Virus record (IMG/VR): IMGVR_UViG_3300048074_000065
Length of the DNA stretch: 64,000 nucleotides
From: a virus
Direction: 5' to 3' (one strand)
In this document: positions 1 to 7,423 of the stretch, piece after piece
How the letters are laid out: each line of letters opens with the position of its first letter
Position numbering within the stretch: the first letter of the stretch is position 1
The notes under the pieces: generated by a model
Database searches by the model: none
Told to the model about the DNA's origin: nothing
The model's input: the letters and a program-made list of their open reading frames with translations, nothing else
Translations under genes and position numbers: made by a program

Positions 1-77
1 TGCGAGCCAACGGTGGACACGCGAATGCCACTGAGATCAGGACGGCGGTATTCACGCAACACTTGGTCATCGTTCAT
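1..77 (-). CDS. hypothetical protein, first 25 codons only (gene continues past the left edge)
   Basis: ATG at 77-75 is preceded by a GAGGAGAG RBS, with an AATCTAA motif in the SD-ATG spacer. The frame stays open to position 1. Confidence 0.5.
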   Translation of the reverse strand, partial: MNDDQVLREYRRPDLSGIRVSTVGS

Positions 78-113
78 TTAGATTCTCTCCTCTAGATGAT
101 TTAGATTCCACGA

Positions 114-440
114 TTAGATTCCGGTTTTCGACTGTCGCCATGCCGCCAGCGCCCGCTGACCGCGCCGGTTGAGGTAGCCCTCCAGGGCGATCATACGCTG
201 TGCCTGGTCATCGCTGATCAGGACGGGCACGGGGGTCTCGACGGACTGGGCCAGGACCTTGCGCCCCGCGTCGGTGATGACGTAGACTGGGATGCCGTAG
301 CGCTCCTCGACCTGCGTGATTAGACTCAGGCGGCGAAGTAGGTCGGCGGTCGAGTAGGGAACGATGCCCCAGTAGCCTTCCGGGACGTTGGCGATGTGCT
401 CCAGGTAGGTGCGGCTGCGATTGCTCAGGGGGCGAGTCAT
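114..440 (-). CDS. hypothetical protein (108 aa)
   Basis: ORF track. GGAGG RBS and ATGA overlap with the upstream gene. The TAA stop is supplied by a TTAGATT motif. Confidence 0.65.
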   Translation of the reverse strand: MTRPLSNRSRTYLEHIANVPEGYWGIVPYSTADLLRRLSLITQVEERYGIPVYVITDAGRKVLAQSVETPVPVLISDDQAQRMIALEGYLNRRGQRALAAWRQSKTGI

Positions 441-1066
441 TGCGCCTCCGGGATACGGTCCAGTAGGTCACGGATTTCTTGCAGGAAGGGCGGATACACG
501 AACTCAGGATGTGTCCGATTGACCACCGCCAATGTGTCACAGGCGGTGCTGAGATAGCTGACCAACTCGGCATAGGTCGGGACGTTCTTCTTCGCGCGCC
601 ATGCCGCCAGATCAGCCTGGCCACGGGCATTCAATTCGCCTTCGTGCTTCACCATGAGCGCCGCGAGTCCATCGGGGATCACCGGCTCGCTGGTCTTCAC
701 GTCGAGGGCAGGCACGCCCTGGGACGCCGCAAGCGCCTGCATGACCGACTGTTCGTCCCCATTCAGCTCGGCGACCGCGAACTCGACGGTCAGACCGGGC
801 GCGGCTTCGTAGGTGGGGTCGGCGCGGAACAGGGGGGTAACTTGCTCGTCCGAGGCATTCCATACCACCAGGTCCTCCGTGCTCGCAGGCGGGCCAGCGT
901 AGCGGTGAGGCGTGCCCAATCCGGCATGGCGTGCCGCGCTATCGGCTTCATCGCGCTCGGCCTCGAACCCGGCCACCCAGTAGGTATTGATGTACTGCAC
1001 ATGGTCGAACTCTTCTTGGCGGCTAGCATACCAACCCGCCCCTGCCCACTTAAAGTTTTCGTGCAT
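437..1066 (-). CDS. hypothetical protein (209 aa)
   Basis: ORF track with a GGAGGAGAG RBS. It shares a C-terminal EGxLNxRGQxxLAAWRxxK motif with the downstream 108-aa protein. Confidence 0.65.
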   Translation of the reverse strand: MHENFKWAGAGWYASRQEEFDHVQYINTYWVAGFEAERDEADSAARHAGLGTPHRYAGPPASTEDLVVWNASDEQVTPLFRADPTYEAAPGLTVEFAVAELNGDEQSVMQALAASQGVPALDVKTSEPVIPDGLAALMVKHEGELNARGQADLAAWRAKKNVPTYAELVSYLSTACDTLAVVNRTHPEFVYPPFLQEIRDLLDRIPEAQ

Positions 1067-1090
1067 GGTGACTCTCTCCTCCGATTAGAT

Positions 1091-1474
1091 TTACGATTTA
1101 GATTCTAGCTGGTCGGGATGCTGGCGGTAATACGCCTGCTCGATCAGTGTCTCCACCACTTCGATCTGCGTGGTGCCGGTGGCCATGCGTTCGATCATGG
1201 CCTGGATGCGGGGCTGCAACTTGTGCAGCACGGGGCGGCGCTTGACGTAGGTCCACGCATCCAGCGGCGCGACGGTCTGCATGGCGATTTCCAGGGTCTC
1301 GGCGTCGTCGAAGTAGTGCCGGTAGCTGGTCGCGTCCGGCGAGGGGTGGATTTCCAGGACCCAGCGCTGGAGGGTCTGGTTGAAGGCAACTTCGTAGACC
1401 GCCCCCTGCTTCGTGACCTGGAAATTGCTTTCCCGGCGTTTGCTGACATTGGCATTCGTGCCCGGTCGAGTCAT
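1091..1474 (-). CDS. hypothetical protein (127 aa)
   Basis: ORF track with an AAGGAGG RBS. Confidence 0.65.
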   Translation of the reverse strand: MTRPGTNANVSKRRESNFQVTKQGAVYEVAFNQTLQRWVLEIHPSPDATSYRHYFDDAETLEIAMQTVAPLDAWTYVKRRPVLHKLQPRIQAMIERMATGTTQIEVVETLIEQAYYRQHPDQLESKS

Positions 1475-1531
1475 GGTGAGCGTCCTCCTTGGGAGGGGCG
1501 ACGTGCGCCGCCCCGTGGCGAGTAGATGAGC

Positions 1532-1960
1532 TTAGAATGAGGGTCCGTAGACCCAGTGGCGCAGATCGGCCAGGTCGCGCATGGCCTGTTCGGTCTCGGC
1601 GAAGGTGTCGTAGTGCTCCTTATCGTCTGCGCCAAGCCCCTGGGTACCCCAGTCCATGTACCAGCACTGGAGTTCGAAGTCATACCAGACGGAATAATAG
1701 CGGTCGCCCGTCCGGTAGTACAGGGTCGGGCCACCGGCCTTCAACTGCTGGAGCTTCTTGGAGACGACTGGACGCTCGTAGCTCTTGAGGGTGACTTGAT
1801 AGACGCCCCAGCGCTGGGGTATCCCGGCGTTGTCCCGGTCCTCATCGACCCGCAAAAACTTGACCGTGGCGTCCCCTTGACGCTCCATCTCCCAGGCTCG
1901 CCGCAGGGCGTCCGTGGGTTTAAAGTTGATGGTACAGGCTTCATAGGTGGTGCGGTTCAT
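1532..1960 (-). CDS. hypothetical protein (142 aa; internal start of the 222-aa track ORF)
   Basis: ATG at 1960 follows a GAGGAGAG RBS. Promoter 1991-2019 lies inside the longer ORF version, which argues for this shorter start. Confidence 0.6.
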   Translation of the reverse strand: MNRTTYEACTINFKPTDALRRAWEMERQGDATVKFLRVDEDRDNAGIPQRWGVYQVTLKSYERPVVSKKLQQLKAGGPTLYYRTGDRYYSVWYDFELQCWYMDWGTQGLGADDKEHYDTFAETEQAMRDLADLRHWVYGPSF

Positions 1961-1990
1961 CAGATTCTCTCCTCGATTAGATTCCATTCT

Positions 1991-2019
1991 AGTATATACG
2001 ATTAGGAGGCGTCCGTCAA
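1991..2019 (-). promoter_or_regulatory. sigma70-type promoter, TTGACG-17-TATACT
   Basis: Read on the minus strand: -35 at 2019-2014 and -10 at 1996-1991. It shares the 12-mer ATCGTATATACT with the promoters at 6231 and 8086. A TTAGATT copy sits at the predicted +1. Confidence 0.6.
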
Positions 2020-2651
2020 TGAGTTCCTGATTTAGATTCAGGGCGGGGCTGATCGACCAGCGGCAGCCGGACACGCTTCCGGCCTTTGGGGTCGGCGAAC
2101 AGGTCGATCCGTCCGCTGGCGTAGAGGTCCAGCCACAGGGCAGCGGTCGCGCCGTCGTGCTGATACCAGTCCAGGGGCGTCCCCCGGTCGGCGTCGCCAT
2201 GCCGCCACGTGTCGTGGTCTTTGAGGACTTCCCGAAACAGATCGTCGGGGGTCAGCGGCGGGGTCGGTTCGGCGCAGCCCGGAAGGGTCAAGCGGACGGT
2301 GGTATTACCGTGAATACACTCGACTTTCCCGGCTTTTTCCAGGCGGGCGATGCTGGGATCGAGCTTCAGGGGCGCGATGCGGGTTTCGCCGTGCCGGTCG
2401 CACAGGGTCACGAGCTGAGAAAACGCGCGTTCATCGGCGATCCGATGGGCCAGGGCCAGGGCTTCGACGCCCGCTTTGCACATGCAGTAGCGGTTCCCGA
2501 TTTTCCCGGTATCCAGGCAGGTCTTGCAATGGGCCAGGCTGGTCTGGGGAATATGCTCGACCGGCTGATAGGTGCTCAGATCGGCTTTTATCGGCGTGCC
2601 GGAAAACAGGGGGGTATCTTCACCCGTGGTAAACAGACTGAGTTGTTCCAT
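2016..2651 (-). CDS. hypothetical protein (211 aa)
   Basis: ORF track with a GGAG RBS. Cys-containing N-terminal half (CKTCLDTGKIGNRYCMC). Confidence 0.6.
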   Translation of the reverse strand: MEQLSLFTTGEDTPLFSGTPIKADLSTYQPVEHIPQTSLAHCKTCLDTGKIGNRYCMCKAGVEALALAHRIADERAFSQLVTLCDRHGETRIAPLKLDPSIARLEKAGKVECIHGNTTVRLTLPGCAEPTPPLTPDDLFREVLKDHDTWRHGDADRGTPLDWYQHDGATAALWLDLYASGRIDLFADPKGRKRVRLPLVDQPRPESKSGTH

Positions 2652-2652
2652 G

Positions 2653-3321
2653 TCAATCTCCAGCTAAAGTATAAGAGGGCATCGACCAGAAAAAGCTGGT
2701 CAGATCGCCGCAGCGGGCTTCACGTAGCCGGGCCGCGCCGTCACTGTCGGCGGCGCTCATGAATTTAGAGTCTGACCGTTGGAGCAGCCGACGGTAGAGC
2801 GGGCGGCGTTTATCGCGATTTAGATTCATGGTGTCCCAAACAGAATTTAGATTCGGGCTGGTCAGTTTGGAAATTAGATTGCGTTCTTTACGGCTCAAGA
2901 ATTTAGATTGCCCATCGGCGATCTGAAGGGCCAGCGCCCGCTCACGGGTCAGGCTGGCGTCAAACCGTTGGCCGTAGTGGAGATCATAGTGGAGGGCGGT
3001 CAGGCGGTCGCGCCAGTCGGTGATCGTGGGGCGGTGCAGCAGGATGATCGGGCGATCCGTCTGGAGGTCAGGCGACCATTGACCGCCATGCCAGCCGATA
3101 AAATCACCGTACTGTGATTTTGGATCGGGCAGCGTGCCGGGAATCACACACACTTCTGAATCAGAACGCCGCCGCACCAGTTCGATCAGCCGATGCGCCA
3201 CCAACCAGATCAGGCGGTCAGGCCGCACGGGCAGATCGGCTACCGGGATAACCCCGGTGTCGGCGGTGCGCTGGTGAACGGTGCGCAGCGCGTGCCAGGT
3301 GGTGAACGGTTGGGTTTCCAT
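2653..3321 (-). CDS. hypothetical protein (222 aa) whose coding sequence carries the periodic TTAGATT sub-array
   Basis: ATG at 3321 lies 2 nt after the upstream stop. The alternative GTG at 3366 has no RBS. Confidence 0.55.
   Translation of the reverse strand: METQPFTTWHALRTVHQRTADTGVIPVADLPVRPDRLIWLVAHRLIELVRRRSDSEVCVIPGTLPDPKSQYGDFIGWHGGQWSPDLQTDRPIILLHRPTITDWRDRLTALHYDLHYGQRFDASLTRERALALQIADGQSKFLSRKERNLISKLTSPNLNSVWDTMNLNRDKRRPLYRRLLQRSDSKFMSAADSDGAARLREARCGDLTSFFWSMPSYTLAGD
2765..2909 (-). repeat. iteron-like sub-array: GAATTTAGATTC-type sites at about 27-29 bp spacing
   Basis: Exact copies at 2819, 2847, 2874 and 2903. There is a one-mismatch copy (TTAGAGT) at 2765 and a degenerate TAGA-core site near 2794. 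The unit GAATTTAGATTC is near-palindromic. Confidence 0.7.
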
Positions 3322-3323
3322 GC

Positions 3324-3557
3324 CTAAAACATCCTCGCAGCGGGGCGGGAACGGGCGATCGTCCACCGTTCCCAGGCGCGGGCTTTAAAGACCTGGCAAT
3401 TGAGCAGCGTGTGGCGCGCGTCAAAACTTTCGTGCGCGGCAAAGACGGTGCCGGGTTCATAGCCGGGCGGAACTAAGACACCCCAGCCGGGCCAGGGGTT
3501 AGATTGCGCACTGCGCAGCGCGCGATAGGTGGCTTCATACATCAAACGGCGGTTCAT
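3324..3557 (-). CDS. hypothetical protein (77 aa)
   Basis: ATG at 3557 follows a GAGGAGAGAG RBS. Confidence 0.55.
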   Translation of the reverse strand: MNRRLMYEATYRALRSAQSNPWPGWGVLVPPGYEPGTVFAAHESFDARHTLLNCQVFKARAWERWTIARSRPAARMF

Positions 3558-3668
3558 GGTTGGATTCTCTCTCCTCAATATGTGGATTCATCCACGTTTG
3601 GATTCAACCCTTGCCGGGAGTCCGCCAACGCTCCAGGGCTGGCGGACTCTTGCGCACCGGTTGAACGG

Positions 3669-4355
3669 TTAGCGCAGAATCATATTCATGGTGGCGGTAG
3701 CTTGCCCGGCCTGATAGCCGTGGGCCGTGAAAAACGTTTCCAGATCGGCCAACATCGCCGCCGTAATGGCGTCGCGGCGGGCTTCCAGGGCCGTGGTGAT
3801 TTCCGCTTTCACTTCATCGATATAGGGGCGCAGATAGGACGCGAAACATTTGTACTTGCGCAGATAGCCGGACAGATCGCCTGCCATGCCGTCCGGGTGA
3901 TTCTGGAGCAGCGGATCATGGTTGGCCAACCAATGGCGGGGGAGTTCGCCGTCGGAGTCCAGGACGCCCCAATTGACATGATCTTTGAAAATGTCCGGGT
4001 TGGGCGGGGTGACGCCTGATTTAGATTCCCACCAGCCCGACCAGCCTAGCCAATACAGGGCGTTCGCGACATAGTGCATCGCCCCTTCTATATCCCACAG
4101 GTGCCATTTCAGCAGCGGGATAATGTCCGGGTGATAACGCTGAATGGTATCCACGCACTGCCCTGCCATGACACATCGACTGCTGGCGGCGCGTTTACCC
4201 TCGTAGATTTCACCGGTAATCGAAACGTCGGGCCGTCGATTCAGGCCGCCTAGGGTGACGTGGATCACGTGCAGCTCTCCCCCGCTGTATTTCAGGACAG
4301 GAGAATCGGCGAAATACTTGGAAATCGTGACCTGGAGTTTATTTTCGTTGTACAT
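3669..4355 (-). CDS. hypothetical protein (228 aa)
   Basis: ORF track with a GAGGAGAG RBS. Confidence 0.65.
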   Translation of the reverse strand: MYNENKLQVTISKYFADSPVLKYSGGELHVIHVTLGGLNRRPDVSITGEIYEGKRAASSRCVMAGQCVDTIQRYHPDIIPLLKWHLWDIEGAMHYVANALYWLGWSGWWESKSGVTPPNPDIFKDHVNWGVLDSDGELPRHWLANHDPLLQNHPDGMAGDLSGYLRKYKCFASYLRPYIDEVKAEITTALEARRDAITAAMLADLETFFTAHGYQAGQATATMNMILR

Positions 4356-4397
4356 GGTTTTTCTCTCCTCAGAGAATTAGATTCAGGGCGATTAGAT

Positions 4398-4670
4398 TTA
4401 GATTTGGACGGTGCGAAAACTGATCAGCACGTCGGGCGACTCGCCGTCGTGGTACTGATAGGACAGAGTCTCAGCGGCAAAATAGGTCACGAGGTCCAGG
4501 AGCGCGCGGTTGATGCGCAAGATGTCACGCCAATACGCGGTTTGGTCCGGATAACGGCGGATCAAGGCATACGCGAGTCGGATGTTGGCGCGGTAGTCAC
4601 GTTGATCACGCCGATACTGCATGAGGTCCGCTAACCGCTTATGATCGTTCGGGAGTTTGGTCGGTGACAT
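4398..4670 (-). CDS. hypothetical protein (90 aa)
   Basis: ORF track. The start context is AGAGGAGAATCTAAATCATG, so the motif lies in the SD-ATG spacer. A second motif copy supplies the stop. Confidence 0.6.
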   Translation of the reverse strand: MSPTKLPNDHKRLADLMQYRRDQRDYRANIRLAYALIRRYPDQTAYWRDILRINRALLDLVTYFAAETLSYQYHDGESPDVLISFRTVQI

Positions 4671-4722
4671 GATTTAGATTCTCCTCTTGAGAAATTAGAT
4701 TCTCAGATTTTAGATTGCGGAA

Positions 4723-5157
4723 TTAGATTGTACAGGACGGATATTTGATCTCGATCCACGCTTGCAGATGTTCCCAGCCTTGTTTGGCGGTTTCGGTTTG
4801 TTCGTAGTTCTGGAAACGCCCATAGGCCGGGCGGGGGTAGTACAGCTCGCGGGTCCGGCTGGTATCCTTCAGACGTCGGGCCAAGTGCTTATAGACGGCG
4901 GTCAGATATTCCGCTTGGCGTGATTGCGGGATAGTCTCCAGGGCCAGCCGGAAAGTAGACTCGACATCCTGTACAGCGGTATTCATGATCGAATCGTCGT
5001 GTTGTTGCCAGGTGTGCGCGTGTCCCAAATAGCAATAGCCGCACCGTGCATCAAAACCCCAGCCGGAATGAGTCGGCATAATGTCCCAGCCCTTGTATAG
5101 ATCGTCGTGAGGCTGGCGGTTAACGTCCCATCGTTGATTGTGCTGCTGGCGAAACAT
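4723..5157 (-). CDS. hypothetical protein (144 aa)
   Basis: ORF track with an AGAGGAG RBS. The stop is supplied by a TTAGATT motif. Confidence 0.65.
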   Translation of the reverse strand: MFRQQHNQRWDVNRQPHDDLYKGWDIMPTHSGWGFDARCGYCYLGHAHTWQQHDDSIMNTAVQDVESTFRLALETIPQSRQAEYLTAVYKHLARRLKDTSRTRELYYPRPAYGRFQNYEQTETAKQGWEHLQAWIEIKYPSCTI

Positions 5158-5175
5158 GGTAGTTTTCTCCTCTTG

Positions 5176-5382
5176 TTAACTCACGAGTCCAGCGGACAAT
5201 AGACGGTTGAACAGGGTTTCTCCGCTGGCATAGTGGACGGCCAGCGCATTGACGTAGTACACAAGGGCGATTAAGTCGCCATGTTGGGCAGCCTGTCGGC
5301 TGGCGGATTCCAGGGTCTCACAGGTGATGCGCCATTGATGCGCGCGATAGGTCAAGATCATTCGAACTAGTTTCGCTTTCAT
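5176..5382 (-). CDS. hypothetical protein (68 aa)
   Basis: ORF track with an AAGAGGAG RBS. Confidence 0.55.
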   Translation of the reverse strand: MKAKLVRMILTYRAHQWRITCETLESASRQAAQHGDLIALVYYVNALAVHYASGETLFNRLLSAGLVS

Positions 5383-5413
5383 GGTTGGATACTCCTCTTG
5401 GATAACTTGTCAC

Positions 5414-5460
5414 CTGACAGGGTAGGGGAAGTGTCCTAGACTTCCCTTACCTGATGTCAG
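5414..5460 (-). other. long intergenic stem-loop
   Basis: GGTAGGGGAAGT (5421-5432) pairs with ACTTCCCTTACC (5440-5451) with one G-U pair. An outer pairing joins CTGACA to TGTCAG. No U-tract follows on the transcribed strand. Confidence 0.55.
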
Positions 5461-5468
5461 CGGACAAA

Positions 5469-5666
5469 TCAGGCGGCGCGTAAGGTGACAATCTGGCCGC
5501 CGATAAATAGCGCGATGGCCAGCGATGAGCCGATAAGCAATTGCGAGCCGTCCGCAAACTCGTACAGCCGGTAGTGTGCACAGCTGTTCGGAAATTTCAC
5601 GCGGCGCACCGTGCATTTTTCGTGCGACAATTGGCGGATGAAAGACTTGAGTTCTTGGCGTGTCAT
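5469..5666 (-). CDS. hypothetical protein (65 aa), hydrophobic C-terminus
   Basis: ATG at 5666 follows an AAGAGGAG RBS. It is an internal start of the 83-aa track ORF. Confidence 0.55.
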   Translation of the reverse strand: MTRQELKSFIRQLSHEKCTVRRVKFPNSCAHYRLYEFADGSQLLIGSSLAIALFIGGQIVTLRAA

Positions 5667-5707
5667 GGTTGGATACTCCTCTTGTCTAAGGTCGGCTGAT
5701 AGGGGGA

Positions 5708-5977
5708 TTAGAGACCCCACACGCGAGTCATCTCAAAATCGGCATTGGCGTTCGGCGTACCCCACACACACTGCTGAGCGGTGATAGCGTTCGCGCGTTG
5801 CCATTCCGCATATTGAGCGGTATTGGCGAAAATGCCGACTAAGGTGGTCGCGATTTCATCTTCGCCCATGGTCACGAGATTACAGACTTCAATGTCGTTG
5901 TCGGCGTTGTAATGGACCTGATAGCGCTTGATTTCCGGCGCTTGGCTGTTCTGAGGCTTGCGGTTAAAGAATTTCAT
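5708..5977 (-). CDS. hypothetical protein (89 aa)
   Basis: ORF track with an AAGAGGAG RBS. Confidence 0.6.
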   Translation of the reverse strand: MKFFNRKPQNSQAPEIKRYQVHYNADNDIEVCNLVTMGEDEIATTLVGIFANTAQYAEWQRANAITAQQCVWGTPNANADFEMTRVWGL

Positions 5978-6005
5978 GATTGTGCTCCTCTTGGCTGATA
6001 AGGAC

Positions 6006-6167
6006 TTAGGAATGCTTGTTGATGATAAGTTCGCGCACTACTGAGCCTGCCCACTGTTCGAACGTCACATTTTCACGTTGGTTCTTGAGTTCGGCCATTT
6101 TCACAATGAAGGGCAGGGCGATAAAGAAGAGGGCGAAAGCGATAGTGTTGTAAGCGTTGAGTTCCAT
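6006..6167 (-). CDS. small membrane protein (53 aa)
   Basis: ATG at 6167 follows a purine-rich leader. One hydrophobic helix (AFALFFIALPFIV). The longer ORF version would include the promoter. Confidence 0.5.
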   Translation of the reverse strand: MELNAYNTIAFALFFIALPFIVKMAELKNQRENVTFEQWAGSVVRELIINKHS

Positions 6168-6230
6168 TTTCTTTCTCTCTCTTCTGTGGTAAACTTTCGG
6201 TAGTTCGTTCTGTTCTCTACTGATAGATAC

Positions 6231-6259
6231 AGTATATACGATAAGCGATAGCATGTCAA
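6231..6259 (-). promoter_or_regulatory. consensus sigma70-type promoter, TTGACA-17-TATACT, for the leftward operon
   Basis: Minus strand: -35 at 6259-6254 and -10 at 6236-6231. It lies about 65 nt upstream of the first leftward ATG. Confidence 0.7.
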
Positions 6260-6553
6260 GCGGAAAATAGGGGAAAATTCAAAACTCATTGGAAATAGGC
6301 GATTATTCATAAAACGTTCACAATTCAGGGGACAATCCACGCCTAGGACGTGACAGGCGATAGGGTATAAGACAAGAGGTGACACGATGGGCAGCACAGG
6401 ACACGACACACACGAGGGCGATAGCACGCCACAGGAGACGCTACACGACGCTGCGCAGCCGGTTGTGAGCGGTGCGAGCATGGCCAGCGCGCAGCCGGGC
6501 GATAGCGCGATAGGGGCGAACGTGCGGGAACAATACGGCGGAAATCGCGATAG
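6245..6553 (+). repeat. cluster of six (G)GCGATAG sites, with a seventh at 7056
   Basis: GCGATAG starts at 6245, 6357, 6418, 6499, 6507 and 6547. Two copies lie upstream of the terS-like ATG and four lie in its first 170 nt. Confidence 0.75.
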
Positions 6554-7073
6554 TGAACAAATGACGATTAATGAGCCAACTCAATTAAAAACACGATTAC
6601 ATGATCGCGTGTGGCTGCCTGCCCTTCTCTCTGCCCTTGCCGAATATCCCTCGCTCACTCGTGCCTGCGCGGCTGCCGGCGTCACTCGTGAGCATGTGTC
6701 ACACTTGCGTGCTAAGGACCCTGAATTTTACGCGCTCACTGAGGCGGCTAAGCACGCGGGAATGGAGCTGTTAGAAGACATTGCCGTTGATCGTGTCGTA
6801 GAAGGCATTTCTAGGCCTATCTACAATAAGGGGCAAGTAGTCGGCGAGTATCGCGATTACAGCGAACGTCTACACATAGAGCTGTTGCGCGCGAATAACG
6901 CCAAGTATCGCCAGGCGTCGCAGGGGGGAAACGGGGGAAACGTGAGCTATAATTTAGCAATCCACTTTTCTCCAGCGCCCGCCCATCTTGCGCCCAGCGC
7001 TGGCCAGCCCACGCCACACGATGATGTCATAGACGGCGACGTTGTAGCACAGGACGGCGATAGCGTAGAGTAG
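6387..7073 (+). CDS. terminase small subunit-like HTH protein (putative)
   Basis: AAGAGGTGA RBS. The segment LTRACAAAGVTREHVSHLR...LLEDIAVDRVVEGISRPIYNKGQVVGEYRDYSERLHIELLRANNAKYR resembles the HTH plus YSDxLLxxLLK pattern I associate with small terminases. It lies upstream of HNH and TerL. Confidence 0.45.
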   Translation: MGSTGHDTHEGDSTPQETLHDAAQPVVSGASMASAQPGDSAIGANVREQYGGNRDSEQMTINEPTQLKTRLHDRVWLPALLSALAEYPSLTRACAAAGVTREHVSHLRAKDPEFYALTEAAKHAGMELLEDIAVDRVVEGISRPIYNKGQVVGEYRDYSERLHIELLRANNAKYRQASQGGNGGNVSYNLAIHFSPAPAHLAPSAGQPTPHDDVIDGDVVAQDGDSVE

Positions 7074-7102
7074 CACAGGGCAGGGCATAGACGGCCATTG
7101 AG

Positions 7103-7133
7103 GCGCCCATCACAGACGATGGGCGCTATTGTT
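7103..7133 (+). terminator. candidate intrinsic terminator
   Basis: A 9-bp stem pairs GCGCCCATC with GATGGGCGC around a 6-nt loop, followed by TATTGTTG. Confidence 0.45.
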
Positions 7134-7322
7134 GCACAGTGTGTGCATAATGTTGCGAATTGAGGGGAGAATAGCGTATGTAAATAGAAAATTTAATACG
7201 CTATCCGATTCGTGTACACTGTGGGTTGTGCTTCGCGCCCGACACCGGCACCCGGCAGGACTTTGATACACCGGGGTACGCGAGGGGTGGTTGGTGGCTT
7301 TGTTTCGCATTCGAGCCTTCCC

Positions 7323-7350
7323 TTGTCTTTCCCGTGTTTTCTGCTACAAT
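7323..7350 (+). promoter_or_regulatory. candidate promoter, TTGTCT-16-TACAAT
   Basis: It lies 74 nt upstream of the HNH start. A 7-bp hairpin (7371-7398) sits in the leader. Confidence 0.35.
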
Positions 7351-7423
7351 TGTTCTATCCGCAATACGAAACCCCCGCGTGCTATGAACACCGGGGGTAT
7401 GATGAGCCTGACGGGAGGCCCAT

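Larger units (their letters stand above)
78..4729 (-). repeat. dispersed array of 20 exact, co-oriented TTAGATT heptamers (AATCTAA on the transcribed strand; extended consensus (G/C)AATCTAA(A/T)T)
   Basis: Plus-strand copies start at 78, 101, 114, 1085, 1098, 1977, 2032, 2819, 2847, 2874, 2903, 3499, 4021, 4377, 4392, 4398, 4674, 4695, 4710 and 4723. All have the same orientation, and they occur both between and inside ORFs. Confidence 0.9.

Noticed and set aside
78-4729. The TTAGATT repeats as a CRISPR array or a degenerate one.
   Set aside because: The unit is only 7-12 bp and the spacing is irregular, from 6 to about 900 bp. Copies lie inside ORFs and at start/stop codons, and no cas genes are present.
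6365-6370. TATAAG as the -10 element of a rightward promoter for the terS-like gene.
   Set aside because: There is no acceptable -35 element at 16-18 nt. The predicted +1 would fall inside the AAGAGGTGA RBS.
6006-6481. The long versions of minus-strand ORFs 6006-6254 and 6101-6481, which span the divergent region.
   Set aside because: A consensus promoter (6231-6259) lies inside them. Only the short version, starting at 6167 downstream of the promoter, makes sense. ORF 6101-6481 also runs antisense into the terS-like gene.
7130-7423. A tRNA or other structured RNA gene in the terS-HNH gap, prompted by a T-loop-like TTCGAGCC.
   Set aside because: I could not fold a cloverleaf, because no acceptor or anticodon stems flank the T-loop-like sequence. 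Only isolated hairpins are present.
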